From: an uncultured Candidatus Saccharibacteria bacterium
GTDB taxonomy: Bacteria > Patescibacteriota > Minisyncoccia > Phycocordibacterales > UBA918
Reading direction: 5' to 3'
NCBI GenBank assembly: GCA_964432455.1
Contig: CAYSNO010000003.1
Location: 1-37,197, forward strand
Length of the DNA: 37,197 nt
Shown here one piece after another: positions 7,840-16,308 of the stretch (position 1 is the stretch's first letter; every line of letters starts with the position of its first letter). The notes under the pieces are model-generated. The model was not told where the DNA came from, did not search any database, and saw only the letters and a program-made list of their open reading frames with translations. The translations under genes and the position numbers were made by a program.

Positions 7840-8565
7840 ATGAAACGTCACCGCGGTAACATCATCCCCGCCACACTCGCAGCAAGCGCTATCCTCGGCA
7901 TGATTGCGAGTGTGAGCCTCTTGTGGTTCAAAGACACACAGCAAGCTGCCGTCGGTAACTTTAGTCTCACCCCGAGTGCAGCCGTAGTCAATACCGACAA
8001 CACCGTCACGTTCGACCTCGTTGTCACCGCAGATACAAACGTAAATGCCTTTGGCGGGACCCTCATCTTTGATGAGTCAATTCTCGCTGTCGAAAAAATC
8101 GACTACAATACCTCCATCGCTGACCTCTGGGCCAAGGCGCCCTGGTACGAAAAGGGTTCCGGGACCATCTCTTTTGGTGGTGGTACCACAAAGCCCGGTG
8201 GTTTTACAGGGCAAGGGACACTCCTCACGATTACCTTCATGGCCCGTACACCCGGCAAAGCCGCCGTATCAGTACAAGACATCCAAATCCTCGAGCATGA
8301 TGGGTACGGTACCCCACTGACCACCGATACCGAAATCGATAGCATCTTAACGATTGTTCCTCATACACCGAGTCACGAAGAAAAATCCATTGTGATTGTC
8401 CGTCCGGAGAATATCTCAAGCGACTTAAATGCCGACGGGGCTGTTTCGCTTACCGATGCAAGTATCATGCTCGGGTACCTCGCATCAGGCGACCTCCGTG
8501 GAGATCTCAATGGTGATGGCCGCGTATCGCTTGGCGACATGAGCACGCTCATGAGTAACTTCTAG
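7840..8565 (+). CDS. membrane-anchored protein with a cohesin-like domain and a C-terminal dockerin repeat pair
   Basis: N-terminal TM segment; FDLVVTAD..VNAFGGTLIFDE..L cohesin-like beta region; DLNADGAVSLTD and DLNGDGRVSLGD dockerin Ca-binding loops. Confidence 0.8.
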   Translation: MKRHRGNIIPATLAASAILGMIASVSLLWFKDTQQAAVGNFSLTPSAAVVNTDNTVTFDLVVTADTNVNAFGGTLIFDESILAVEKIDYNTSIADLWAKAPWYEKGSGTISFGGGTTKPGGFTGQGTLLTITFMARTPGKAAVSVQDIQILEHDGYGTPLTTDTEIDSILTIVPHTPSHEEKSIVIVRPENISSDLNADGAVSLTDASIMLGYLASGDLRGDLNGDGRVSLGDMSTLMSNF

Positions 8566-9740
8566 CTGACCGGGAATGATTCGGTGACCGCAAGGAGCTC
8601 GGCAGATTCGTTCGTCCGAATAACTACTCCTAATACAGCTGAATCCTGACTCGAGATAATGCCATCGCGACCGATGGTCATTTCGTTGCGATCTTCGTCA
8701 AGATCAATACCAATAGATTCTAGACCACCAAGTAAAAGTGCCCGAAGCTGTGGGCTGCGTTCGGCGGCAGTGGCGGTCAGTACCACCGCATCAAGGCCGC
8801 CCAAGGCAACGAGGTACGAACCGAGAGTCTTTTGGAAACGATAGACACACTGCTGGAAGGCAGCGACAACCGCCTCGTCCCCTAGTTCCAGCCGCGCCAG
8901 GAGGTGGCGGAAATCAGACTCACCAGTAAGGCCGACAAAGCCGCCACGAGTTTGGAGGTACGTGTGCATATCTAGCGGCTTCATGTGGTGAATGCGCATG
9001 AGTTCGAGCACGACTGCTGGTTCGATGTCACCAGTACGAGCCCCCATCATGAGTCCACTACCTGGCGCAAAGCCCATCGTCGTATCGATACTGATACCGT
9101 TTTTAAGTGCACACATACTCATACCGCTCCCGATATGGCAGACCACTACCCGCGTGGCAGTGGGCGGGAGCAGTGTTGGTAGCTGCTTGGCCAGCGATGC
9201 GTACGATAGTCCGTGGTAACCAAAGCGGTAGAGGTCATGGGTACGAATATCTTCTTGCTCAATCGCAAAAGTTCGTGCGTAGGCAGGGACCGTGCTATGG
9301 AAAGCGCTGTCTGAAACACCAACTACAACCGCGCTCGGGAGGAGGCGTAGTATCTCATCAAGTTCAGAGAGTGTATGGGGGATATGAAGGGGCGCGAGTA
9401 CGAGCGCCGTTTCGAGGCGATCGCGGTACGCGTGGTCAATCTGGCGATGGGTCGTAAAGTAGGTGCCAGGGGCCACAATTCGTAGACCAACTCGGGTGAT
9501 AGCTTCGGCGCTGGGTAAAATCTTTTCGCTAACTGCCGACGTAAGCACATACGATAGCGCCGAGGCATACTGGGTGCCCGTGATACCCGCACACAGTTGG
9601 CCCTGGCCATTATGCTCTCGGCAGACTTCGTACTGTTGTTCATTACGCTCAAAGCGGTAGGTAGCGACTGTCCGCCCAGCATCAATAAGCACGTATTTTT
9701 TTGAGGAAGAACCCGGATTAATAATTAACGTGAATGCCAT
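8562..9740 (-). CDS. ackA: acetate kinase
   Basis: LIINPGSSSKKY N-terminus, HIGSG and GF.PGSGLMMG.R.GD.. motifs. Overlaps the phosphoketolase gene by 16 nt. Confidence 0.92.
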   Translation of the reverse strand: MAFTLIINPGSSSKKYVLIDAGRTVATYRFERNEQQYEVCREHNGQGQLCAGITGTQYASALSYVLTSAVSEKILPSAEAITRVGLRIVAPGTYFTTHRQIDHAYRDRLETALVLAPLHIPHTLSELDEILRLLPSAVVVGVSDSAFHSTVPAYARTFAIEQEDIRTHDLYRFGYHGLSYASLAKQLPTLLPPTATRVVVCHIGSGMSMCALKNGISIDTTMGFAPGSGLMMGARTGDIEPAVVLELMRIHHMKPLDMHTYLQTRGGFVGLTGESDFRHLLARLELGDEAVVAAFQQCVYRFQKTLGSYLVALGGLDAVVLTATAAERSPQLRALLLGGLESIGIDLDEDRNEMTIGRDGIISSQDSAVLGVVIRTNESAELLAVTESFPVS

Positions 9741-12079
9741 GTCCAGTTGGTAATCTCGAGCGGGTCATCGCCATGTTCAATAATGTAGGCACGGTGGGAT
9801 TCGAGCTTTTCTTGGTAGATGTCATGAAGACGCTTCGCTTCTTGGGCAGTAATAACCCGTGCATCTTCGGCAATAGCAAAGGCCTCCATTGCGAGATGGT
9901 AGCGATCGACGTGGTTGCGAACCATCATGTCAAAGGCAGTGGTAGTCGAGCCACTTTCTTCGTAACCATGGACGGTAAAACGAGTAGCGTCTCCCCCGTA
10001 GTCAAAGAGTACCTGTTTGATAGTTTGTGGGTAGCCGTGGAAGTTAATGCGGACAGGTTTGTCTTCAGTAAAGTAATCTTCAAATTCATGCCGTAAGACG
10101 AGATGTTTTGAGTTACCAAGTCCTCCACCTGAGAGCGCGTTGATGTTTACATAGCGCATGCGGAAGGCCGGGATTTCGCGCCGGACAATACTGATGGCTG
10201 CCAAGGTCTCCTGGGTCGGGTAGTCACCGGCCGACGCGTAGACCATGTGTGGGTCACTGTCTGAGGCAAAGTCCCAAATAGCAATACCCATATCGATATC
10301 ACGCTTCGCTTCGGTGGCGGTACGCCAGATCGGGAGTGGTCGCTTTTCACAAACCATCACATTGATCTCGCGCTCACTATCCATCATGCGGGCGAAGGCA
10401 GCGAGGGCGAGGTTGGCGTCCGCTGGGAAATAGACATTAGTGAAATCACTCTGGCGCTGCAGCACCCCATCGATGAAGCCGGGGTTCTGGTGCGAAAAGC
10501 CGTTGTGTTCTTGGCGCCAACCGGTCGAGGTGAGGATGTAATTTAAAGACGCAATGGTACCTCGCCACGGTACTTGGCGAGCAATCTTGAGGAACTTTGC
10601 ATACTGGTCGGTCATACTCGCGACAATCTGCGCAAAGGCTTCGTATGAGACAAGGAGTCCGTGACGACCCGTGAGTACGTAGCCTTGGAGGAGTCCTTGG
10701 AGGCTGTGCTCAGAGAGCATCTCGAGGACTCGCCCATCGCGGGAGATGTCTTTGTCCCAGGGCTTTAGTGGCCAGAGGAAGGAACGAGTGGTTGTTTCAA
10801 ACACCGCGTGGATTTTGTTTGAGTAGGTTTCGTCCGGTGACATGAGACGAAGGTTCCGCCGGTCGGCATTAAGCGTCATGGTGTCACGGAGATACGCACC
10901 GATTTTTTCCATACTACTTTCCATCCCGCAAATCGGATCGTCGAGGTTACAAGTGTTCCCTGAACTATAAGCACTGGTATCTGGCAAAACGAGCTTCTGG
11001 TAGTGCGGCTGGCCACCGCGAGCGTAAGACGAATTGCCCATGCGGCGTTCTGGCTTTGGGACTAGAGATTCAATACCGGCCGTGAAGCCCTGGCCACTAA
11101 AGAGCTCATCGAAATGATAGGACTGGAGCCAGGACTCAAGCGCGTCGCGATGAGTGCTGTTGGTTTTTGCAAATTCAGCAATCACCTGGTGTGAGGTGTG
11201 GTTGTCTTCGATACGCTTGCCGTCGAGTTCGGGAATGCTGTGCCAACCTTTAGGGGTACGGAGGATAATCATCGGCCAGCGTGGTGGTTCTTTGAGATTT
11301 CCTTCACGCGCAATGTACTGAGTAAATTGAATGGCCGACACGGCAGTATCAAGTACCTCCATCATGCGGGTATGAACATCAGCTTCAGTGTACGCGTCGA
11401 CGATGTGTGGCTCGTAGCCGTAACCGGTGAAGAGCGCGGTCAACTCTTCATCACTCATCCGGCCCGCAAAAGTCGGACCGGAGATCTTGTAGCCATTGAG
11501 ATGGAGGATTGGCAGCACCGCACCATTGGTCGCTGGATCAACCAGTTTATTCAGGTGCCAGGCGGTGGCAGTAGGACCGGTTTCAAATTCGCCGTCACCA
11601 ATGAGGCAGGCGGCGATAAGGGACGGATTGTCAAGCACCGCACCATAGGCGGTGGCAAGGGCGTAGCCAAGTTCCCCACCCTCGAGAATCACGCCAGGGG
11701 CTTCGGGATTGCTGTGACTGGGGAAGCCATACGGCCAACTAAACTGACCAGCGAGATACGAGAGTCCGGCTTCCGTGCGGGGGATTTTTTCGTAATACTG
11801 GCTGAGGGTACCTTCGAGAAAAAGATTGGCTTGAATGGCGGGAAAGCCATGACCCGGACCAAGCACAAACAGCATATCGAGGTCGCGAGCCACAATCGCC
11901 CGATTGAGGTGTGCGTAGGTGAAGTTGATACCAGGGCAGGTACCCCAGTGGCCCAAGAGTCGAGTCTTGATATGTTCCGGTGCCAGCGGTTCCTCGAGGA
12001 GGAAGTTGGCTTGTAAGTAGATTTGAATGGCCGAGAGATAATCTGCGGCGCGGATATATTCCAAAAGAGCTTCGCGCAT
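9725..12079 (-). CDS. xfp: xylulose-5-P/fructose-6-P phosphoketolase
   Basis: 784 aa. LLGHWGTCPGINFTYAHLNR and the GDGEFETGP ThDP motif are characteristic of XFP. Confidence 0.95.
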   Translation of the reverse strand: MREALLEYIRAADYLSAIQIYLQANFLLEEPLAPEHIKTRLLGHWGTCPGINFTYAHLNRAIVARDLDMLFVLGPGHGFPAIQANLFLEGTLSQYYEKIPRTEAGLSYLAGQFSWPYGFPSHSNPEAPGVILEGGELGYALATAYGAVLDNPSLIAACLIGDGEFETGPTATAWHLNKLVDPATNGAVLPILHLNGYKISGPTFAGRMSDEELTALFTGYGYEPHIVDAYTEADVHTRMMEVLDTAVSAIQFTQYIAREGNLKEPPRWPMIILRTPKGWHSIPELDGKRIEDNHTSHQVIAEFAKTNSTHRDALESWLQSYHFDELFSGQGFTAGIESLVPKPERRMGNSSYARGGQPHYQKLVLPDTSAYSSGNTCNLDDPICGMESSMEKIGAYLRDTMTLNADRRNLRLMSPDETYSNKIHAVFETTTRSFLWPLKPWDKDISRDGRVLEMLSEHSLQGLLQGYVLTGRHGLLVSYEAFAQIVASMTDQYAKFLKIARQVPWRGTIASLNYILTSTGWRQEHNGFSHQNPGFIDGVLQRQSDFTNVYFPADANLALAAFARMMDSEREINVMVCEKRPLPIWRTATEAKRDIDMGIAIWDFASDSDPHMVYASAGDYPTQETLAAISIVRREIPAFRMRYVNINALSGGGLGNSKHLVLRHEFEDYFTEDKPVRINFHGYPQTIKQVLFDYGGDATRFTVHGYEESGSTTTAFDMMVRNHVDRYHLAMEAFAIAEDARVITAQEAKRLHDIYQEKLESHRAYIIEHGDDPLEITNWTWHSR
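12064..12072 (+). promoter_or_regulatory. extended -10 promoter TGCTATACT, 9 nt upstream of the SET-gene ATG
   Basis: gtgTGCTATACTctccgcgctATG. Confidence 0.55.
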
Positions 12080-12087
12080 ACATAGGT

Positions 12088-12096
12088 AGTATAGCA
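12088..12096 (-). promoter_or_regulatory. extended -10 promoter TGCTATACT, 8 nt upstream of the phosphoketolase ATG
   Basis: The minus strand reads cacTGCTATACTacctatgtATG. Confidence 0.55.
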
Positions 12097-12181
12097 GTGC
12101 TCATGACACCCGCTCTGTCACTGCTGTTCACAAAGGCGCGAGTGGAGTGAATTGCGTATCGTGTGCTATACTCTCCGCGCT

Positions 12182-12589
12182 ATGAAAAAAACAGATCACC
12201 TCGTGGTGAAGCGCGGCACACACGGACTCGGCCTTTTTACCACTGCCCCAATTGCGAAGGGTGCACTTATTATTGAATACACCGGGGAAAAAATCACGGC
12301 GGATGAGGCAAACGAACGGGGCGGCCAATACCTGTTTGAAATCAACGACAGTTACACGGTTGATGGACGTGGTCGTGAGAATACTGCCCGGTATATCAAT
12401 CACTCCTGCCGACCGAACTGCTATCCCGAAATTGATGCCGACGAAGAACACATCTTCATTTACGCTAAGCGCGCGATTAAGCCAGACGAGGAACTTACCT
12501 ACGACTACGGCAAAGAGTTTTGGAACGAATACATCAAACCAAAACAGTGTCGCTGCGATAAATGTACCGAAGCGCGAGCAAAAGCCTAA
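12182..12589 (+). CDS. SET-domain protein-lysine methyltransferase with a Cys-rich post-SET tail
   Basis: GLGLF...I.KG..I.EY.GE ... RYINHSCRPNC ... EELTYDYG ... CRCDKC. Confidence 0.9.
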   Translation: MKKTDHLVVKRGTHGLGLFTTAPIAKGALIIEYTGEKITADEANERGGQYLFEINDSYTVDGRGRENTARYINHSCRPNCYPEIDADEEHIFIYAKRAIKPDEELTYDYGKEFWNEYIKPKQCRCDKCTEARAKA

Positions 12590-12592
12590 ACC

Positions 12593-12628
12593 AAAAACTA
12601 CTCACTGTGCTGACGGTGAGTAGTTTTT
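12593..12628. terminator. bidirectional terminator shared by convergent genes
   Basis: aaaaactactcac-tgtgctgacg-gtgagtagttttt, a 13-bp stem. Confidence 0.8.
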
Positions 12629-13277
12629 AGGTAGCGGGGGTAGCTGTGGGCGCTGGTAAGGAATTGGTAGGGGTACCACCATCTCCTTGAGTAGCGTCGG
12701 GGGCAGCTTCACTAGTACCTTCGGCAGCATCTGCCGTGGCCTCCGAACTGGTAGCTGTTGAGGTGGCTGGTGTTTCAGGGGTAGGTGGAGGCGTCGGGGC
12801 ATCAGCCGGAGTGAATCCACCATTTGGTCGAACATCACTACTTTGAACCGGGACAGTTATGGTGCTCTCGCCTTCACGCACCTCGCCGCGATTAACGCGT
12901 TCGTTGCGTTCATTGACGACCGCGACCACATCAATCTGACCATTGTCACTCATCCCAATTGCGACGCCGGTACCACAGAGAATAAGGACTATACCAAGTG
13001 TCCAAACGAGTGAGCGTCGGCCGCGCGAGACAGCCTTCCGCTGTTCACGGATTGGTGTAGGGGCACGGCGAGCCGGTTCGGTGCGCTCTACCTCAACCGG
13101 AGCAGCTTCGACCGCCGGCTCAACACGCTTCCGTGGTGCCCTCGGTGCCCGTGGGGCCGGCGCTTCACCGTCAACAACAGGCGCCACCCGCTTGCGCGGC
13201 GCACGTTTTTTGGGAGCTAGGGTTTCTTCTTCAGTTGTCGTTGTTCGCGCACGCGGCATGTCAAGATATTCTAGCAT
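12627..13277 (-). CDS. single-pass membrane protein with a basic Ala/Pro/Arg/Lys-rich N-terminal region and a Pro/Thr-rich C-terminal tail
   Basis: APKKRAPRKRVAP..APRAPRAPRKRVEP repeats, TM segment LVWTLGIVLILCGTGVAIG, PTPPPTPETPATSTATS tail. The start may instead be 13259. Confidence 0.7.
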   Translation of the reverse strand: MLEYLDMPRARTTTTEEETLAPKKRAPRKRVAPVVDGEAPAPRAPRAPRKRVEPAVEAAPVEVERTEPARRAPTPIREQRKAVSRGRRSLVWTLGIVLILCGTGVAIGMSDNGQIDVVAVVNERNERVNRGEVREGESTITVPVQSSDVRPNGGFTPADAPTPPPTPETPATSTATSSEATADAAEGTSEAAPDATQGDGGTPTNSLPAPTATPAT

Positions 13278-13278
13278 T

Positions 13279-13287
13279 TGTTACACT
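13279..13287 (+). promoter_or_regulatory. extended -10 promoter TGTTACACT, 8 nt upstream of ATG 13296
   Basis: catTTGTTACACTagatacatATG. Confidence 0.5.
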
Positions 13288-13295
13288 AGATACAT

Positions 13296-14108
13296 ATGGC
13301 TACAACCCTTCTTATCAACATCTTTCTTTTTGCGCTGATTATCTTCACGATGTCGACACTTATCTTCTTATATTCGGCATACAAAGAGGATATGAGTGTG
13401 ATGGATATAGCGTATGGGCCACTATTTGCGATTGGTGCTTGGTCGGCAATGGTGATTACCGAGGGGTACTACCCGCTTACCCTCCTTGTTGCCACCCTCA
13501 TCACCCTCTGGGCAGCGCGACTTGGTATCCGTATCTGGCGCAAGAATCACGGCAAGCCCGAAGACGCTCGCTATGCTGCCTGGCGCCAAACCTGGATGCG
13601 CCAAGGTCGGCAGTACTTCCTCATGCGCAGTTACCTGCAGGTCAACTTATTTCAAGGACTCATTATCTGTATCATCGCTTTGCCGTTTATTGTTACCCTC
13701 TCGGCCGGGGACGCACATGGTACCTGGCAGACGGCGGTTGGCGCCCTCCTCATGCTCTTTGGACTCGGGTACGAGACCACCGCTGATTGGCAGCTTGACC
13801 GTTTCTTAGCTCGCAAGCGCGCTGGTACCGAACCGGCAAGCATCATGACCGCCGGACTCTTCCATTATAGTCGCCGACCAAATTACTTCGGCGAGGTCTT
13901 GATCTGGGTTGGGCTCGCCACCATGGCCTACCCACTCCCCTATGGTGAGTGGGCGGTACTGAGTCCCCTCCTCATCTGGTACATTGTGACCCGTGTCACC
14001 GGACCAATGCTCGAAAAAATCTTCCTCGAAAAATACCCCCTAGACTATCGTGCCTATATGGCCCGTACCAACTACTTCATCCCTGGGCAACCAAAAAAAA
14101 CGGTGTAG
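13296..14108 (+). CDS. DUF1295 / steroid 5-alpha-reductase-like membrane protein
   Basis: Polytopic, with GLFHYSRRPNYFGEVLIWVGLA, the family's C-terminal signature. Confidence 0.88.
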   Translation: MATTLLINIFLFALIIFTMSTLIFLYSAYKEDMSVMDIAYGPLFAIGAWSAMVITEGYYPLTLLVATLITLWAARLGIRIWRKNHGKPEDARYAAWRQTWMRQGRQYFLMRSYLQVNLFQGLIICIIALPFIVTLSAGDAHGTWQTAVGALLMLFGLGYETTADWQLDRFLARKRAGTEPASIMTAGLFHYSRRPNYFGEVLIWVGLATMAYPLPYGEWAVLSPLLIWYIVTRVTGPMLEKIFLEKYPLDYRAYMARTNYFIPGQPKKTV

Positions 14109-14121
14109 CTATAAACAAGTG

Positions 14122-14148
14122 AACGCGCTCCGGGGGGAGCGCGTTTTT
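14122..14148 (+). terminator. rho-independent terminator
   Basis: aacgcgctcc-gggg-ggagcgcgtt followed by ttt. Confidence 0.8.
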
Positions 14149-14327
14149 CACTTCAGTTTGTATGGCTTCAGATCGGCAGTGGCAAAGTGGCCGATAACCT
14201 GACCAAAAGCATCGACCACGACGTTGAGTCCATGTGCGTGATCAACCACACGACCCATCTGCCCTTGCGGACAAATCACCGTAGTGCTCGTTTTCACCAC
14301 TTTTGGCTGCACTACCGGCACCGGCAT
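14148..14327 (-). CDS. possible small protein (59 aa; start uncertain)
   Basis: Only the ORF supports this (MPVPVVQPKVVKTSTTVICPQGQMGRVVDH...). The SD is weak and the upstream TTG start in the track is unsupported. Confidence 0.3.
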   Translation of the reverse strand: MPVPVVQPKVVKTSTTVICPQGQMGRVVDHAHGLNVVVDAFGQVIGHFATADLKPYKLK

Positions 14328-14511
14328 ATGCTCTTTGTCGCGCCGCCATCTTTTGCGGACTTGATCGACCCTTGTCCAGTTTATGCTTCGCAAGAACCCC
14401 TCCCTTTTCCTGTCCCAGAATAGACTACAAAAACATTGGTGATTATGCAATCCTTACCTACATAACGCACCTTAATTGATGTGCCGGTTTATAAAGTGAG
14501 GTTATCGCATT

Positions 14512-14634
14512 TCACTTCCCCGCCTTACACCGCTCGCTGCAGTAGATGACCTGCTCCCACTGGCCGCGCAGCTTCCAACTCTTCCGGTTGGTAAATGGTT
14601 TGCCGCAGCGGACACAGAGTTTTGATTCCTTCAT
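14512..14634 (-). CDS. DUF2256-type small zinc-ribbon protein (40 aa; below the ORF-track cutoff)
   Basis: Hand translation gives MKESKLCVRCGKPFTNRKSWKLRGQWEQVIYCSERCKAGK*. The C..CG.PF..RK.W......V.YCS.RC pattern matches DUF2256 as I recall it. Confidence 0.7.
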   Translation of the reverse strand: MKESKLCVRCGKPFTNRKSWKLRGQWEQVIYCSERCKAGK

Positions 14635-14680
14635 ATATGGTGTATACAAACGTACTGTAGCATAACGCACCTATCCCCAA

Positions 14681-14709
14681 TTGACAGCCCCGACCATCGC
14701 GGTTACTAT
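14681..14709 (+). promoter_or_regulatory. sigma70-type promoter TTGACA-17-TACTAT
   Basis: aaTTGACAgccccgaccatcgcggtTACTATcg. The -35 context ATTGACAGCC is repeated at 16149-16158. Confidence 0.6.
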
Positions 14710-14766
14710 CGTCCGTTCCGCTCTACAGGTATAGAGCGGAAACATGAAGCAATGATGAGGACTAGC

Positions 14767-15024
14767 ATGTCAATAACAACGACAACACAGCCCACCATGG
14801 CCGGACCGGCCAAAACGAGGGCGCCTTGGATGGCAGTCGGAATCGCAGCGGCGATCCGCCAGTTTCACTCGATCGCTGAGTGGCGGAGACAGCGCCGGCA
14901 ACGGGCGTGGGATGCGCTGACTCGCGATCAGCAGATCGTGCAATTCGCGAAAGAGCAACGGCTCCACTGCAATGGACGGTGCCCCAGCTGCGAACACACC
15001 ATCAGGGACGTGTTTGGCGACTAG
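14767..15024 (+). CDS. hypothetical protein (85 aa, or 90 aa from ATG 14752) with C-terminal HC.GRCPSCEH knuckle
   Basis: SD GAGGA (14757-14761) lies 5 nt before ATG 14767. Higher G+C. A terminator follows. Confidence 0.55.
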   Translation: MSITTTTQPTMAGPAKTRAPWMAVGIAAAIRQFHSIAEWRRQRRQRAWDALTRDQQIVQFAKEQRLHCNGRCPSCEHTIRDVFGD

Positions 15025-15054
15025 CACCAACGCGGTGCTCATCCGAACACGACG

Positions 15055-15084
15055 CGGCCGAGGGTTTCCCCTTCGGCCGTTTTA
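15055..15084 (+). terminator. rho-independent terminator
   Basis: cggccgaggg-tttc-ccc(t)tcggccg followed by ttttattattt. Confidence 0.75.
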
Positions 15085-15192
15085 TTATTTGATTAAAACC
15101 CATTTTTTCCTTTCCAACAAAATAGCTTTACGAATACCCCCAAAAGGAGTACGGTTATAGGTAGCAACACCAATCGGATAAGGAGACCGCCG

Positions 15193-15807
15193 ATGTCTAC
15201 TCGACTGACTCACACTCCGTTCCTGGCTACGCTCTTTCTGGTCTTTGGCACCAATCCAGTCCCTGCCGATGGGCTATCTGGCCAAGTGTTCATTTTCGCT
15301 GACATGAGTGGCAGCATGTTCGGTAGTCTGCCAGATCCGGTCACCTTCCAAACGCAGGGGATATTGACCGGTATAGCGGGGTACCAAGCGCAGTGCAATG
15401 AGATTCGAGTCACCTATGTTCCTTGGGGTAACGACATCGGAACTATCATCGATGACGATCTCAGGAACAGTGCAGGGCTTGTCCGCGCTATCGAACACTC
15501 TTCCCATATCGGGCTTGGTGACACGAAACTCTTCGCGGCCTGGTCAAGTGCAGCCCATCGCTTTGACCCAACTGTGCCGACAGCAGTGGTCATACTCACC
15601 AACGGCAGTGGCAGACGGTATGTCACTGCACCGGTACCAACTGCCACCATCTACAAAGTGGCAGTGCTGAGCGAGCGAGCGTTCTACTACCTCGATAACG
15701 AGTTTCTCCCCGGCATAGGCAAAACCGTCTCAGCCAACGACGTCGAGACAATCACCAAGGTTATCGAAGCTGCCTTGCGGTCAGTCGACACACTCTGTCT
15801 CGGATGA
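15193..15807 (+). CDS. secreted VWA-fold protein (DUF1194-like)
   Basis: Signal-peptide-like N-terminus; MIDAS DMSGS in VFIFADMSGSM; VTYVPWG, ILTNGSG and YY.DN motifs resemble DUF1194. SD AAGGAGA is present. Confidence 0.75.
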   Translation: MSTRLTHTPFLATLFLVFGTNPVPADGLSGQVFIFADMSGSMFGSLPDPVTFQTQGILTGIAGYQAQCNEIRVTYVPWGNDIGTIIDDDLRNSAGLVRAIEHSSHIGLGDTKLFAAWSSAAHRFDPTVPTAVVILTNGSGRRYVTAPVPTATIYKVAVLSERAFYYLDNEFLPGIGKTVSANDVETITKVIEAALRSVDTLCLG

Positions 15808-15814
15808 GGCCTCA

Positions 15815-15847
15815 CGCCCGCCGTCTCCTCTCTAGGACCGGCGGGCG
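15815..15847 (+). terminator. stem-loop terminator
   Basis: cgcccgccg-(15 nt)-cggcgggcg followed by ctttgtgt. Confidence 0.6.
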
Positions 15848-15949
15848 CTTTGTGTATCGAGATATAATTTTGAGCAATAAAAAAAACGCGTGACGACGGG
15901 GTGGTGGCGAGCATGAGCTCCATCCACTTCCCCGTCCGTGCACGACGTC

Positions 15950-16075
15950 TTAGGCGGCCTTCGGCAATGTCAATTCGACTTGCCGAAAGTCATCGGTATG
16001 AAATGACAACTTCCGCGCCGACTCTGGCGGCTTGCTGATGGCTTTCAGCAGCGCTGGCGGCAATTCTTTGGTCAT
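15950..16075 (-). CDS. micro-ORF (41 aa) with very strong SD
   Basis: GGGAGGAAGtatcATG. Translation: MTKELPPALLKAISKPPESARKLSFHTDDFRQVELTLPKAA*. Followed on the minus strand by a hairpin plus T8 (about 15875-15925). Confidence 0.45.
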   Translation of the reverse strand: MTKELPPALLKAISKPPESARKLSFHTDDFRQVELTLPKAA

Positions 16076-16149
16076 GATACTTCCTCCCGTTGATGGACGG
16101 GCATAATGCCACAAGATTGAGTTAAGCACAAGTCCGCCCTAAAACCCGA

Positions 16150-16177
16150 TTGACAGCCTATTTTATAGGTATAGAGT
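16150..16177 (+). promoter_or_regulatory. sigma70-type promoter TTGACA-16-TAGAGT
   Basis: gaTTGACAgcctattttataggtaTAGAGTaataagATG, with the same ATTGACAGCC -35 context as 14680-14689. Confidence 0.5.
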
Positions 16178-16308
16178 AATAAGATGCCCAGCTGCCACAG
16201 GGACAGTAGAGTGGGCAGCTGCTGCGGACGACCAATGGTGCCGCACAGAAGAACCGCCCGGCCATCTGGCCGAGCAAATTGAAACCGCCAACACAATGAG
16301 GTAAACAA

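Noticed and set aside
11198-12016. 272-aa plus-strand ORF, plus many ORFs of 60-150 aa antisense to xfp, ackA, secY and the ribosomal genes
   Set aside because: They are antisense to genes with unmistakable homology and have no start signals. They are standard shadow ORFs.
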